Shown piece after piece: positions 45,184-53,763 of a DNA stretch of 64,000 nucleotides; the stretch's first letter is position 1, and each line of letters opens with the position of its first letter. The DNA comes from Coriobacteriales bacterium (GTDB lineage Bacteria > Actinomycetota > Coriobacteriia > Coriobacteriales > UBA8131): assembly GCA_031277035.1 (NCBI GenBank), contig JAISLY010000004.1, positions 26,980-90,979 on the forward strand, in the 5' to 3' direction. A program made the position numbers and the translations under genes. The notes under the pieces were generated by a model. It was not told where the DNA came from. It did no database searches and worked only from the letters and a program-made list of their open reading frames with translations.

Positions 45184-46854
45184 ATGGCCGATTCTTCAAT
45201 CAAGCGGGTACTGATTTCGGTGACCGACAAGAGCGGGGTGGTCGCCTTCGCGCAGGCCCTGCAACATGAGTTTGGCGTCGAGATTGTCTCGACCGGGGGT
45301 ACGGCGCGCGCGCTCGCCGAGGCCGGCCTTACGGTGCGAGCCATCGACGAGCTCACCGGCTTTCCCGAGATGCTGGACGGCCGCATAAAGACTCTGCATC
45401 CACACGTACACGGCGGCCTGCTTGCGCGTCGCGACCTGCCCGCCCACAGGGAGCAGGCGGCCGAGCGCGGCATCGCGATGATTGACATGGTGGTCGTAAA
45501 CCTCTATGCCTTCGAAGCGACGGTCAGGCGCACGGACGCGGATTTTGCGGAAATCGTGGAAAACATCGATATTGGCGGCCCCGCGATGCTGCGCTCGGCC
45601 GCTAAAAACCATGCCTCGGTAACGGTTGTCACCTCGCCCGAGCAATACGAGGGCATACTTGCTGAGATGCGCGCCCATGCCGGAGCGACCACGCCTGATA
45701 CGCGCAGAAAGCTCGCGCGGGAGGCCTTTCGCGTTACGAGCGCCTATGACAATTCCGTGTACCAGTGGCTGACGATGGAGATCAACCTCGAGCAGGGCCC
45801 CGAGCCGCCGCCGATTCCGGCGCTTGGCCAGGGCCCCACGCCTGACGATAAGCGGCTGTTCCTCAAAAAGGCAGCCGATTTGCGCTACGGCGAAAACCCA
45901 CATCAAAAGGCGGCCTTCTATCGACCGGTGGGGGTGGGCGCCTCAAGCAGCTGCCCGTTTCATCCCGTCGAGGCGGCCAACCAACTCGCCAACGCCCGCC
46001 AGTTGCAGGGCAGAGAGCTCAGTTACAACAACTATCTCGACCTCGACGCCGCATGGTCAGCGGTACGGGAATTTGAGGCCCCGACCTGCGTCATCGTCAA
46101 GCATCTTACGCCCTGCGGTATCTCCAGCAACGCCGACCTCGCAAAGGCGTATCGCCAGGCCCACGACGCCGATGCCACCAGCGCCTTTGGCGGCGTGATG
46201 GCCTTCAATCGGCCGGTGTCCGAGAGTGTGGTGGAGGCGATTTTCGCAAACGGCCAGTTCGTCGAGGCCGTCATTGCGCCCGGCTGGCATCCGGCGGCGC
46301 TGGCGCGTTTTGCCGAGAAACCCAAGGCGCGGCTCCTTGAGACCGGAGGCGTGAACCCGCCGGGAGGCGTGGGCTACCGCAGCATCGAGGGCGGCCTGCT
46401 GATCATGCAGGAGGATTACGTGGGCGAAGACCCCGCCACCTTCACGGTGCCAACAAAGCGCATACCCAGCGCAGATGAGCGCGAGGCGCTGCTTTTTGCC
46501 TGGAGGGCCTGCAAGTCGGTGAAGTCAAACGCGATTGTCATTGCCCGGGCGACACGAGGCCCTGATGGAAGCGCCGATGGAGGATTTGAGATGGTCGGCG
46601 CCGGCGCCGGGCAGCCAAACCGCGTGAATTCCGCCGAACTGGCGCTGCGGCAGGCGGGAGATGCGGCTCGGGGCGCCGTCGCCGCAAGCGACGCCTTCAT
46701 GCCCTTTGCCGATTCGCTTGAGCTGCTCCTTGCCGCTGGCGTGACCGCGGTCATCCAGCCGGGCGGCTCGGTGCGCGACGCGGAGGTTATCGCCGCCGCC
46801 GATGCGGCCGGCGCAGCGCTGCTGTTCACCGGGCACCGCCACTTCCGCCACTGA
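45184..46854 (+). CDS. purH: Bifunctional AICAR transformylase / IMP cyclohydrolase
   Basis: RVLISVTDKSG, STGGTA, DGRIKTLHP, and the C-terminus IQPGGSVRD...FTGHRHFRH. Start at ATG 45184 (MADSSIKR). Confidence 0.93.
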   Translation: MADSSIKRVLISVTDKSGVVAFAQALQHEFGVEIVSTGGTARALAEAGLTVRAIDELTGFPEMLDGRIKTLHPHVHGGLLARRDLPAHREQAAERGIAMIDMVVVNLYAFEATVRRTDADFAEIVENIDIGGPAMLRSAAKNHASVTVVTSPEQYEGILAEMRAHAGATTPDTRRKLAREAFRVTSAYDNSVYQWLTMEINLEQGPEPPPIPALGQGPTPDDKRLFLKKAADLRYGENPHQKAAFYRPVGVGASSSCPFHPVEAANQLANARQLQGRELSYNNYLDLDAAWSAVREFEAPTCVIVKHLTPCGISSNADLAKAYRQAHDADATSAFGGVMAFNRPVSESVVEAIFANGQFVEAVIAPGWHPAALARFAEKPKARLLETGGVNPPGGVGYRSIEGGLLIMQEDYVGEDPATFTVPTKRIPSADEREALLFAWRACKSVKSNAIVIARATRGPDGSADGGFEMVGAGAGQPNRVNSAELALRQAGDAARGAVAASDAFMPFADSLELLLAAGVTAVIQPGGSVRDAEVIAAADAAGAALLFTGHRHFRH

Positions 46855-46914
46855 GAAGGACGCAGAGTACGCAGAAGAGTTTTCCATTGCAGTTTGCCAC
46901 CGTAATGTAATGTC

Positions 46915-47370
46915 TCAGGTGGAGAAATCTATCGTCCCTTCACTGGGACTTCTGAATGAAAACATTGGGTTGTCTCCCCCAGAAATTGCCAGGTCGCCCT
47001 GTGAAATGATGTCCATGCCAAGCAAAACATCGCAATCGTCAATACTGAGACCGGTAGCCATTATTCTGAAAGGCTGGATACTGCCAATCCTTATCTCGAT
47101 TTCGTATGCTCGTTGAGGGCTGCTGCTTCTTTCGGGCAAGTCAACGAGGCGCATCGAAGTGGATATGAGGCCGAGATCCTCAATCACGCGGGTAGATATA
47201 CACGTCTCGTTTGCTCCAGTGTCCCATACCGCGCTATACAGCCGAGCCGATACTTTTTGCAGCTGCTCACGTGGAAGAGAATGTTCGGTTGGAGCAATCG
47301 TCACAGACGACCGCAACTCTCCCGGGCTTTCCGAGACACGGTAGGTAACAGACCGGGTTGCTTTTTGCAT
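46915..47370 (-). CDS. Retropepsin-like (clan AA) aspartic protease
   Basis: Active-site DTGA (VWDTGANETC) and LLGMDII flap-like motif. Located in a low-GC segment. Confidence 0.65.
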   Translation of the reverse strand: MQKATRSVTYRVSESPGELRSSVTIAPTEHSLPREQLQKVSARLYSAVWDTGANETCISTRVIEDLGLISTSMRLVDLPERSSSPQRAYEIEIRIGSIQPFRIMATGLSIDDCDVLLGMDIISQGDLAISGGDNPMFSFRSPSEGTIDFST

Positions 47371-47379
47371 TATCCGGCA

Positions 47380-47625
47380 TCACGGATTTACCGTGACCGG
47401 GTGCCTGACACGCATCGTTTGCAACGCACCGTCACGCGAACACTCCTGCACAATGAAAGAGCCCAAAGCTTCATTGCGCATCGTGGTATCTACAGCCTCC
47501 TGGTGGCTGGGATACGCGCCAAGAACTTTACCCTGCTTAATTACTATAAAGCTATCACCATAACGCTTTATCAGTTCAGTGCGGTTATTGAGAAAGTATT
47601 TAAAGTCCTCAAAGTTCTGCTCCAT
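47380..47625 (-). CDS. 81-aa hypothetical protein, DUF5678-like pattern; co-operonic with the protease
   Basis: AAAGGAG RBS and ATG 47625. LIKRYGDSFIVIKQGKVLGAYPSHQEAV pattern. It stops 9 nt before the protease start. Confidence 0.5.
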   Translation of the reverse strand: MEQNFEDFKYFLNNRTELIKRYGDSFIVIKQGKVLGAYPSHQEAVDTTMRNEALGSFIVQECSRDGALQTMRVRHPVTVNP

Positions 47626-47889
47626 AGCTGCTCCTTTCACTGAACCTGGGCAATAGAATATCGCTTTTGAGCCAAAACGCAACCTAAACCGATAAAAAGT
47701 GACACTGAATTCCTCAGAGGAAACGAGACACAAAGCGACAAAGAGCCTCTGGCGCGGTACAATATCCGTGCGCCGTGGCGTAGGCGTCGTGTCACAGACG
47801 ATGCGCTGCAGGTGATGGGCAGGTGCGGCGCGTACGGGATACGGCAGACGACATAAGGTCGGCGATACGACCGAAAGGGGCATTGCAGC

Positions 47890-49269
47890 ATGACTGACGA
47901 AAACGGGCTCGAACCCGATGAGCAAAGAAACGGTATCCGGGCAGCCAGCGAACAGACGGACGACACCGCTACCGATGCGCAGGCGGCCGATGCGCCGGAA
48001 GTCGATGCGCCAGAGGGCGATGAGCAGGCGGTCAGCCTGGGCGGCGAGCAGGCAGACGACAGCTCTGCGGATGACAGTCTCCCGGATGACAGCTCAAAAG
48101 GGGCACAACGTAAAAGGCTTCTGCTGATTGGAGGCGCGGCTGCGGCCCTTCTCGCCGCTGCCCTCGTCGTTGCGGCTTTTGTCCTCACGCGGCCCACACC
48201 CCAACTTGCACCGCCGCCTGAAGAGGGGTTGATCATCGAGGAACCTCCACCCCCGCCCCCGCCCGAGCCAACGACCTGGGTCTTTCCGCTGACAGGTGTA
48301 CAGACCGACGACGAGGAGGCCACGCTTCGTCGCATTCTCTCCGTCAAGATAGAAAACACGCCTGACGCACGGCCCCAAACGGGCCTCGCCAACGCCGATG
48401 TAATCTACGAGACGGTTGTCGAAGGCGGCATCACGCGGCTCAACTGCCTGTTCCAAAGCCAGATACCGCAGGAGGTGGGCCCGGTACGCAGTGCTCGCCT
48501 CTCCGACCTTTCCATTGTTCCGCAGTACGACGCACTCTTCTTCTTCAGTGGTGCCAACCCCTATGTCCTCGATCAGGTGGCGGCCGCGGGCCTCTCGGAT
48601 ATGTCGGGCTCGAGCCTGTATTATCGTGTGGATTACCGCGTGGCGCCACACAACCTGTACCTGAATCTGGCGGGTGCGCACGCGCTTGCTCCCGATATGG
48701 GCTTTGCGGCGACGACGGAGCCCCCGCGGGCACTTGCGTTTGCCAGCGACGCGCAGGGCGACGCGGCGGGTGCGCAGGGCAGCGCGGCGGGTGCGCAGGG
48801 TGATGCGGCGGCGGGTGCGCAGGGCGACGCGCAGGGCAGCGCGGCGAACGCGGGCAAAGCGCCAGGCGACGACCGGGCGAATCTGCCCGATGCGACCAGC
48901 ATCACCGTGCCGCTGAGCGACATCTATATTGCCGGCTGGGCGTGGGATTCCTCGTCAAAAACCTACCTGCGCTCGATGGACGGCCCCACCCTCGATGCAG
49001 TCACCGGAGAACAGATAGCGACCACGAACCTCGTGGTTCTCTGGGCAGACTATACCCTCTCGCCTGACGGCCTGACCTCTTTTGTCGACCTCAATGGGAG
49101 CGGGACGGCGATATTGTTCATCGACGGCAAGCGCATCGATGGCAGCTGGGAAAGCAACGGCACGCCGCCGCGTTTTACGGATGCCGAGGGCAAGCCCGTC
49201 CTTTTGAACCCGGGAACCAGCTGGTTTGAGATTGTTGACCTCGGCACCAACATAGAGATAAGCAGCTGA
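47890..49269 (+). CDS. DUF3048 (YerB-like) secreted/lipoprotein-type protein
   Basis: N-terminal TM helix, PLTGV...VKIENTPDARPQTGLANADVIYETVVEGGITRL signature, and a Gly/Ala/Gln repeat insertion. Confidence 0.8.
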   Translation: MTDENGLEPDEQRNGIRAASEQTDDTATDAQAADAPEVDAPEGDEQAVSLGGEQADDSSADDSLPDDSSKGAQRKRLLLIGGAAAALLAAALVVAAFVLTRPTPQLAPPPEEGLIIEEPPPPPPPEPTTWVFPLTGVQTDDEEATLRRILSVKIENTPDARPQTGLANADVIYETVVEGGITRLNCLFQSQIPQEVGPVRSARLSDLSIVPQYDALFFFSGANPYVLDQVAAAGLSDMSGSSLYYRVDYRVAPHNLYLNLAGAHALAPDMGFAATTEPPRALAFASDAQGDAAGAQGSAAGAQGDAAAGAQGDAQGSAANAGKAPGDDRANLPDATSITVPLSDIYIAGWAWDSSSKTYLRSMDGPTLDAVTGEQIATTNLVVLWADYTLSPDGLTSFVDLNGSGTAILFIDGKRIDGSWESNGTPPRFTDAEGKPVLLNPGTSWFEIVDLGTNIEISS

Positions 49270-49455
49270 GCGCCTCCTGGTCGGCTGCTGGCCGCTCTGT
49301 TACGAAAGCCTTACCTCTCCTTCACCCTTGTGAGAACTGGCTGCGGCCCAACGCTTGGCAAGACCCGCTATACTTCAGAGGGTGCTCTTTGCAGTATCCA
49401 CGAACCTGCATGGAGCATCGCCTGCAAGAGGGACGGGCTTTGACCTGAATGGCAT

Positions 49456-49758
49456 TTGAAGGACTGGAGGCCAAGAATCGTGTCAATCCTGCTGAGCATT
49501 CTCACCGCACTCATCTCATGCCTCAATTATCTCTGGTGGCTCTATGGTGAACCAATTCCGACCGTAAGCATCACCAGCCAGATTGTGCTCATCGTACTGA
49601 CCATAACGGCTATGGCGACCTATCGAAAAGAGCGTCTGCGCCCCGCCTACGAACTTGGCCAGCCGCGGATATTCACCCTCGGATTCGGAATCACCGTCCT
49701 TTCGCTGATTGCAAACGCTGGCGTCCTCATAGCGATAGTGCTGCTGATACGTGGCTGA
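49456..49758 (+). CDS. Hypothetical small membrane protein (3 TM)
   Basis: Hydrophobic segments only. Non-ATG start in the track. Lower-GC segment. Confidence 0.35.
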   Translation: MKDWRPRIVSILLSILTALISCLNYLWWLYGEPIPTVSITSQIVLIVLTITAMATYRKERLRPAYELGQPRIFTLGFGITVLSLIANAGVLIAIVLLIRG

Positions 49759-49871
49759 AAGCAGCAGGAGCCTGACCGCTTTTGGGTCGGGCCCCTGCGC
49801 AAATGACCAGCTCGTACCATACCACACCATAATCAGTAGACCCTTTTGGTTTCACTGCGGCATCCCTCAGA

Positions 49872-51299
49872 TCAAACTTTCACTATCCAATGCCCCTTTC
49901 TGGCAGTCCCCACATATTCCAGCCTGTTTGCCATCTTTAATTTTTTTATGTGCTTCGATAACGTGGTGCGGGAGATGCCTAATGCTTTTGAAAGATTTGC
50001 CCATGAAAGCTCTGGGCTTTCTTTGAGCAGGGCAAGGATGGCCTCTTGAGCCTGCTCTGGATTATATGACAGCTTCACCGGCTTTCCTATCGGTTCACCT
50101 TTTGGTTCAACAATCGGTACAGCTTCCCTATAAATGTTGACCCTGAAGGTATCGCCAATTTCTTGAAATTCTGGCTCCGGCAACCCCATTGCTTCGCAGC
50201 TTTCCTTGATGCGTTGCAGTCCTGTGCCCCAGTTCTCAAAGAGCCCCATTTGCTTGAATGTCTCTGCCACAACCCTATTTCTCACTGTGACATTTCCCGC
50301 AAGTGCCATTTCGAGCGTCAGTCCGCCATAAAGGGCACCAGGAGAAGAAACCTCCAAGCGGTCATCAAAGAGAAGAACCTGTAAGTGCATGGTGCTTTCC
50401 ATGAATCTGTGAACCTGCCCATTAACGATAGCTTCCCGTATCGCTGCGATTGGCAGCTCATACGTCTCGACGCGCTGCAACCTGTCAAAATCAGCTTTCA
50501 ATCTGATGTTGCGCAATACAAACCGCTCCGCTTCTTCGACTTGCTCATAAATCGGGCCGGAATACTCTCTCTTATCAACAAAGACTGCCCGGTTTGTTCC
50601 CTTGAATACTCCACATTGGACAGCGACGTATTTAAACGGATTGTTGGTCATGAGCATAAAGGCGTTGGTTGGCAAAAGTTCGCCACTCTCTCGCCTGACG
50701 AGCCCCCAGTTCTCAAGATTTTTGATGGTAACTTTCTTCTTTGGTTCAGACAGGCCATTTGTCAGCGCGCTGTTGCGTTTATACCTCTCTATCACCAAAC
50801 AGAGTTTTTCAGCGGCTTTCAGGTCGAGAGGTTCATCCAAATATACCTGAGCATCAAATGAATCGCCCTCTCCTCTCAGTACCAGCTCTTTTACTTTTAC
50901 GGCATCTGCAACACGGCTCGTTGCGCCGACACGAACATAAACGCCCTTTTGTCGACCGAGTGACTTTATGAAATACGGTGTCTTGCGTCCCGGAAAGACT
51001 TCTACCGAGATAATGGTTTTGCCATCAAGCGCATGCGAGGTGATTGCGGGGAACAACTGTGGTTCACAGAGATTTGAGAGGGCATCAGCGATTGAATCTA
51101 TAGTCCGATCTGGTTTATCAACTCCGACAATTTCCCGCGTCTCGTTATCAACGCCAATAATGAGCTTGCCTCCCGAACCATTAGCAAACGCAACGAGCGT
51201 CTTAATGTACCTCAGGTTTTCCTTAGGCAGCTCGCGCTTGAATTCGAGTCTATTTGATTCGCCGCATTTAATATCGGCGAGTAATTCCTCGTTTCCCAT
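49872..51299 (-). CDS. AlbA_2 (Schlafen-like) + HATPase_c_4 + C-terminal wHTH putative regulator/ATP-binding protein
   Basis: ESNRLEFKRELP...VAFANGSGGKLIIGVD, REAIVNGQVHR...DDRLEVSSPG, and a C-terminal LGISRTTLSKHIKKL. Start taken at ATG 51299 (MGNEELL). Confidence 0.8.
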   Translation of the reverse strand: MGNEELLADIKCGESNRLEFKRELPKENLRYIKTLVAFANGSGGKLIIGVDNETREIVGVDKPDRTIDSIADALSNLCEPQLFPAITSHALDGKTIISVEVFPGRKTPYFIKSLGRQKGVYVRVGATSRVADAVKVKELVLRGEGDSFDAQVYLDEPLDLKAAEKLCLVIERYKRNSALTNGLSEPKKKVTIKNLENWGLVRRESGELLPTNAFMLMTNNPFKYVAVQCGVFKGTNRAVFVDKREYSGPIYEQVEEAERFVLRNIRLKADFDRLQRVETYELPIAAIREAIVNGQVHRFMESTMHLQVLLFDDRLEVSSPGALYGGLTLEMALAGNVTVRNRVVAETFKQMGLFENWGTGLQRIKESCEAMGLPEPEFQEIGDTFRVNIYREAVPIVEPKGEPIGKPVKLSYNPEQAQEAILALLKESPELSWANLSKALGISRTTLSKHIKKLKMANRLEYVGTARKGHWIVKV

Positions 51300-51402
51300 T
51301 ACGCCACTTTCTATCTTTTGATTTTCCCAATCTACAGGCTCATATTTTACTACACCGTAGTAGATTGTCTGGCTCCTGCGCTGTGAAGCGCGTTGCGACG
51401 TG

Positions 51403-51510
51403 GAGCGCCGTACAGGATTCGAATCCCATAAACAGCCTGGCCTTGATACGGGGTCCCCAAAAAGTACACTGAGCCCGTAAGGGCGAGGGTTTTTTGGGGG
51501 TCGAGCGCCC
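51403..51510 (-). other. tRNA-like structured element or fragment (acceptor-like 7-bp stem + T-arm-like hairpin with UUCGAAU)
   Basis: The minus strand reads GGGCGCU...UAUGGG-AUUCGAAU-CCUGUA-CGGCGCUCCA. An internal CCCCAAAAA/UUUUUGGGG helix is present. It does not fold into a canonical cloverleaf. Confidence 0.3.
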
Positions 51511-51512
51511 GG

Positions 51513-51536
51513 AAAACGAGCCAGTGGCTCGTTTTT
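51513..51536. terminator. Bidirectional intrinsic terminator (A-tract, stem CGAGCC/GGCTCG, T-tract) downstream of tRNA-Gly
   Basis: aaaacgagccagtggctcgttttt. Confidence 0.55.
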
Positions 51537-51576
51537 AGCGAGACCGGGCGGGAGCTTGCGACCGCCCAAGGGCAAG

Positions 51577-51651
51577 TGGAGCGGGTGACCGGATTCGAAC
51601 CGGCGAGTGCAAGCTTGGGAAGCTTGTGCCTTACCACTTGGCGACACCCGC
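51577..51651 (-). tRNA. tRNA-Gly (anticodon CCC), CCA encoded
   Basis: Hand-folded. Acceptor GCGGGTG/CACCCGC, anticodon loop TTCCCAA, T-loop TTCGAAT. 75 nt. Confidence 0.88.
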
Positions 51652-51816
51652 TCATCTCTGATGTGCGCCCGTGCCCTGAACGCTTTGCGATAATACCACA
51701 AAGTCTGCCCGAGGCAGGCCGAATCTGACCGGCTAAGGGCTATACTGTCACTCAGCAGACAGAACAGGCGCAAGGCCTCGCCTTCCCCTGAGGCCCGGTT
51801 TGGAAGAGGAGCAGTT

Positions 51817-52737
51817 ATGAAGCAGTGCGAACGAGGACATTTCTTTGACGATGTGCGGTATCAGGAATGTCCCTATTGCGATACGGTGCAGCCGACCTAC
51901 GGCTCGACGGTGAGCACGAGTGAGCAGTTGGAGAATACCGAGGCCGAACCGACCGAGGCCGCCGCCCCTGCGGCTGCCGACGCAGACGCGGGTTCGCCGA
52001 CCGAAGGCGCCGCCCCTGTGACCGAGGTCGTGCTTGCGCCGACAATCGTCACGCCCGCGCCGACCATCTCGGCGGTTACCATCTCGCCTGTTTCTGTCTC
52101 AGCGGTGTCGACAACCGCCCCGCCCGCTACAACGGTTACGCCCGCCGCCCCCGCCGCCGGCGCCGGCGCTGACGTCGCACCCGCACCCGCACCCGCCCCC
52201 GCCGCTGACGCCACGCCCGCCCCCGCGACAGAGGCCGCGGGAGCACCAGCGCCCACCACGCCCGCCCCGCCCGCTGTACCTGCCGCCGCCCCCGACCCCG
52301 CGCCTGCCCCATCCCCAGACCTCGCAACCACGGCGACAGCGTCGGCTCCACAGGACATCGGGGCGACCGTCGGCGTCTTCTCGGCCTCGGCCGACACCGA
52401 CCCGCCCGTAGCCTTTGTCATCGTGATTGACGGTCCAGACAAAGGCGCCGCGTTCGCCCTGCGTGCGGGGCGCAGCTTTATCGGTCGGGGGAGCGGCTCG
52501 GACGTGGAACTGTCTGGCGACGCAGCGGTTTCCCGCGAGGGGCATGCCCTTATCAGCTACGACGTACGCAAAAACAGCTTTCAGGTCGCCAGCGGGCAAA
52601 GCCGCTACATCACCTACCTCAACGGAGAGGAGCTTGTTACGCCACGGTCGCTTGCGGCCTACGACACCATCGAGGTGGGGCGCAGCAAACTCAGCTTCCT
52701 GCCCTTCTGCGGCGAACGCTTCAGATGGGAAGCATGA
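51817..52737 (+). CDS. Zinc-ribbon + Pro/Ala-rich linker + C-terminal FHA domain protein
   Basis: N-terminus CERGH...CPYC. FHA core: FIGRGSGSDVELSGDAAVSREGHALI...NGEEL...DTIEVG. Confidence 0.8.
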   Translation: MKQCERGHFFDDVRYQECPYCDTVQPTYGSTVSTSEQLENTEAEPTEAAAPAAADADAGSPTEGAAPVTEVVLAPTIVTPAPTISAVTISPVSVSAVSTTAPPATTVTPAAPAAGAGADVAPAPAPAPAADATPAPATEAAGAPAPTTPAPPAVPAAAPDPAPAPSPDLATTATASAPQDIGATVGVFSASADTDPPVAFVIVIDGPDKGAAFALRAGRSFIGRGSGSDVELSGDAAVSREGHALISYDVRKNSFQVASGQSRYITYLNGEELVTPRSLAAYDTIEVGRSKLSFLPFCGERFRWEA

Positions 52738-52773
52738 AAGAACGCGAGGCCCGAATACGGTAAAGGATACGCG

Positions 52774-53673
52774 GTGAGACTCGATATTGCTCATCTACAG
52801 GGAGAAGGCCGGCGCCGCTACCAGCAGGATTACTTTGCGCTGTCCGATACGAGCCCCGCGGCCCTCGATGCTGGCGTCTTCGATTTCGTGTTGGCCGATG
52901 GCATGGGAGGCGCACTGGACGGCGGGCTTATCGCCAGGGAGACGGTCACCCTTCTGTGCGATTGTCTGGCCGGGGCCGAAGAAACGGCGGAGCTCTCGCT
53001 CAAACCCTCATCTGACCGTGTGGCGGCGAAAATCCCCGCCGCCGACGCTGCCTCCGTCAACACGATGTCAGAGCCCGCCGCCGATGCCGTACCAGCCCCA
53101 GAGCCCGCCGCCGACGCTGCCCCCGCACGCTTTACAAGCGCAGGAGCAACGCCCGAACAGCTGCTCGCCGCCATCAGAAGCGCCAACGCACGTATCTACG
53201 AGCGCTATCACGAGACGGGCGGCACGACGCTCATCGTCGCTCGCATCATCAATGATGCGCTGTGGTTTGCAAGCGTCGGCGACAGCACGCTTTACCTGCG
53301 CCGGGCGGGACGACTCTTTGAGCTCAACCGGCGACACACCTTCCTCCTTGACCTCTATGAGCGGGTTCTCGACGGCCTGCTCAGCGTTGATGACGCACAG
53401 GGCAACGCGCAGGCAAAGGCCCTGAGCAGCTTTATCGGCAGCGGCGCACTGCGCCTCGATTACAGCCGACGCCCTCTTGCACTGCTGCCGGGCGACGTGC
53501 TGCTGGCCTGCTCGGATGGGCTGAGCGACACCCTCACGGCCACACAGATTCTCGAGGCGACGGCATCTGAGGTTCCGTCGCGGCAGGCCGGTGTGGCGCT
53601 CAGGGACATGATTGAGGCGGCAGGCCTGCCGGGGCAGGATAATTACACCGCAATTATTGTGCGTTATGGATAA
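52774..53673 (+). CDS. PP2C-family Ser/Thr phosphatase (canonical metal ligands)
   Basis: LADGMGG, VGDSTLYL, ACSDGLSD and GQDNYTAIIV motifs. GTG start. Confidence 0.85.
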   Translation: MRLDIAHLQGEGRRRYQQDYFALSDTSPAALDAGVFDFVLADGMGGALDGGLIARETVTLLCDCLAGAEETAELSLKPSSDRVAAKIPAADAASVNTMSEPAADAVPAPEPAADAAPARFTSAGATPEQLLAAIRSANARIYERYHETGGTTLIVARIINDALWFASVGDSTLYLRRAGRLFELNRRHTFLLDLYERVLDGLLSVDDAQGNAQAKALSSFIGSGALRLDYSRRPLALLPGDVLLACSDGLSDTLTATQILEATASEVPSRQAGVALRDMIEAAGLPGQDNYTAIIVRYG

Positions 53674-53763
53674 AGCCGGACGAGTCAGGCTGGACGCAAT
53701 GGAGGGACGCCGAGGCGCCAAAGTATGCGGTAGGGATTAAACAGGGAGGGTCAGGGCAGGCAG

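Noticed and set aside
51403-51510. A complete tRNA, tRNA-Sec or tmRNA downstream of tRNA-Gly.
   Set aside because: No cloverleaf can be drawn: the T-stem is imperfect with an 8-nt loop, and there is no D-arm or anticodon arm. There is no tag reading frame. At about 108 nt it is too short for a tmRNA. I kept it only as a tRNA-like fragment.
51300-51773. An N-terminal 158-codon extension of the AlbA_2 ORF (track ORF 49872-51773).
   Set aside because: The extension reads through tRNA-Gly, its terminator and the tRNA-like element. The conserved AlbA_2 domain begins right after ATG 51299.
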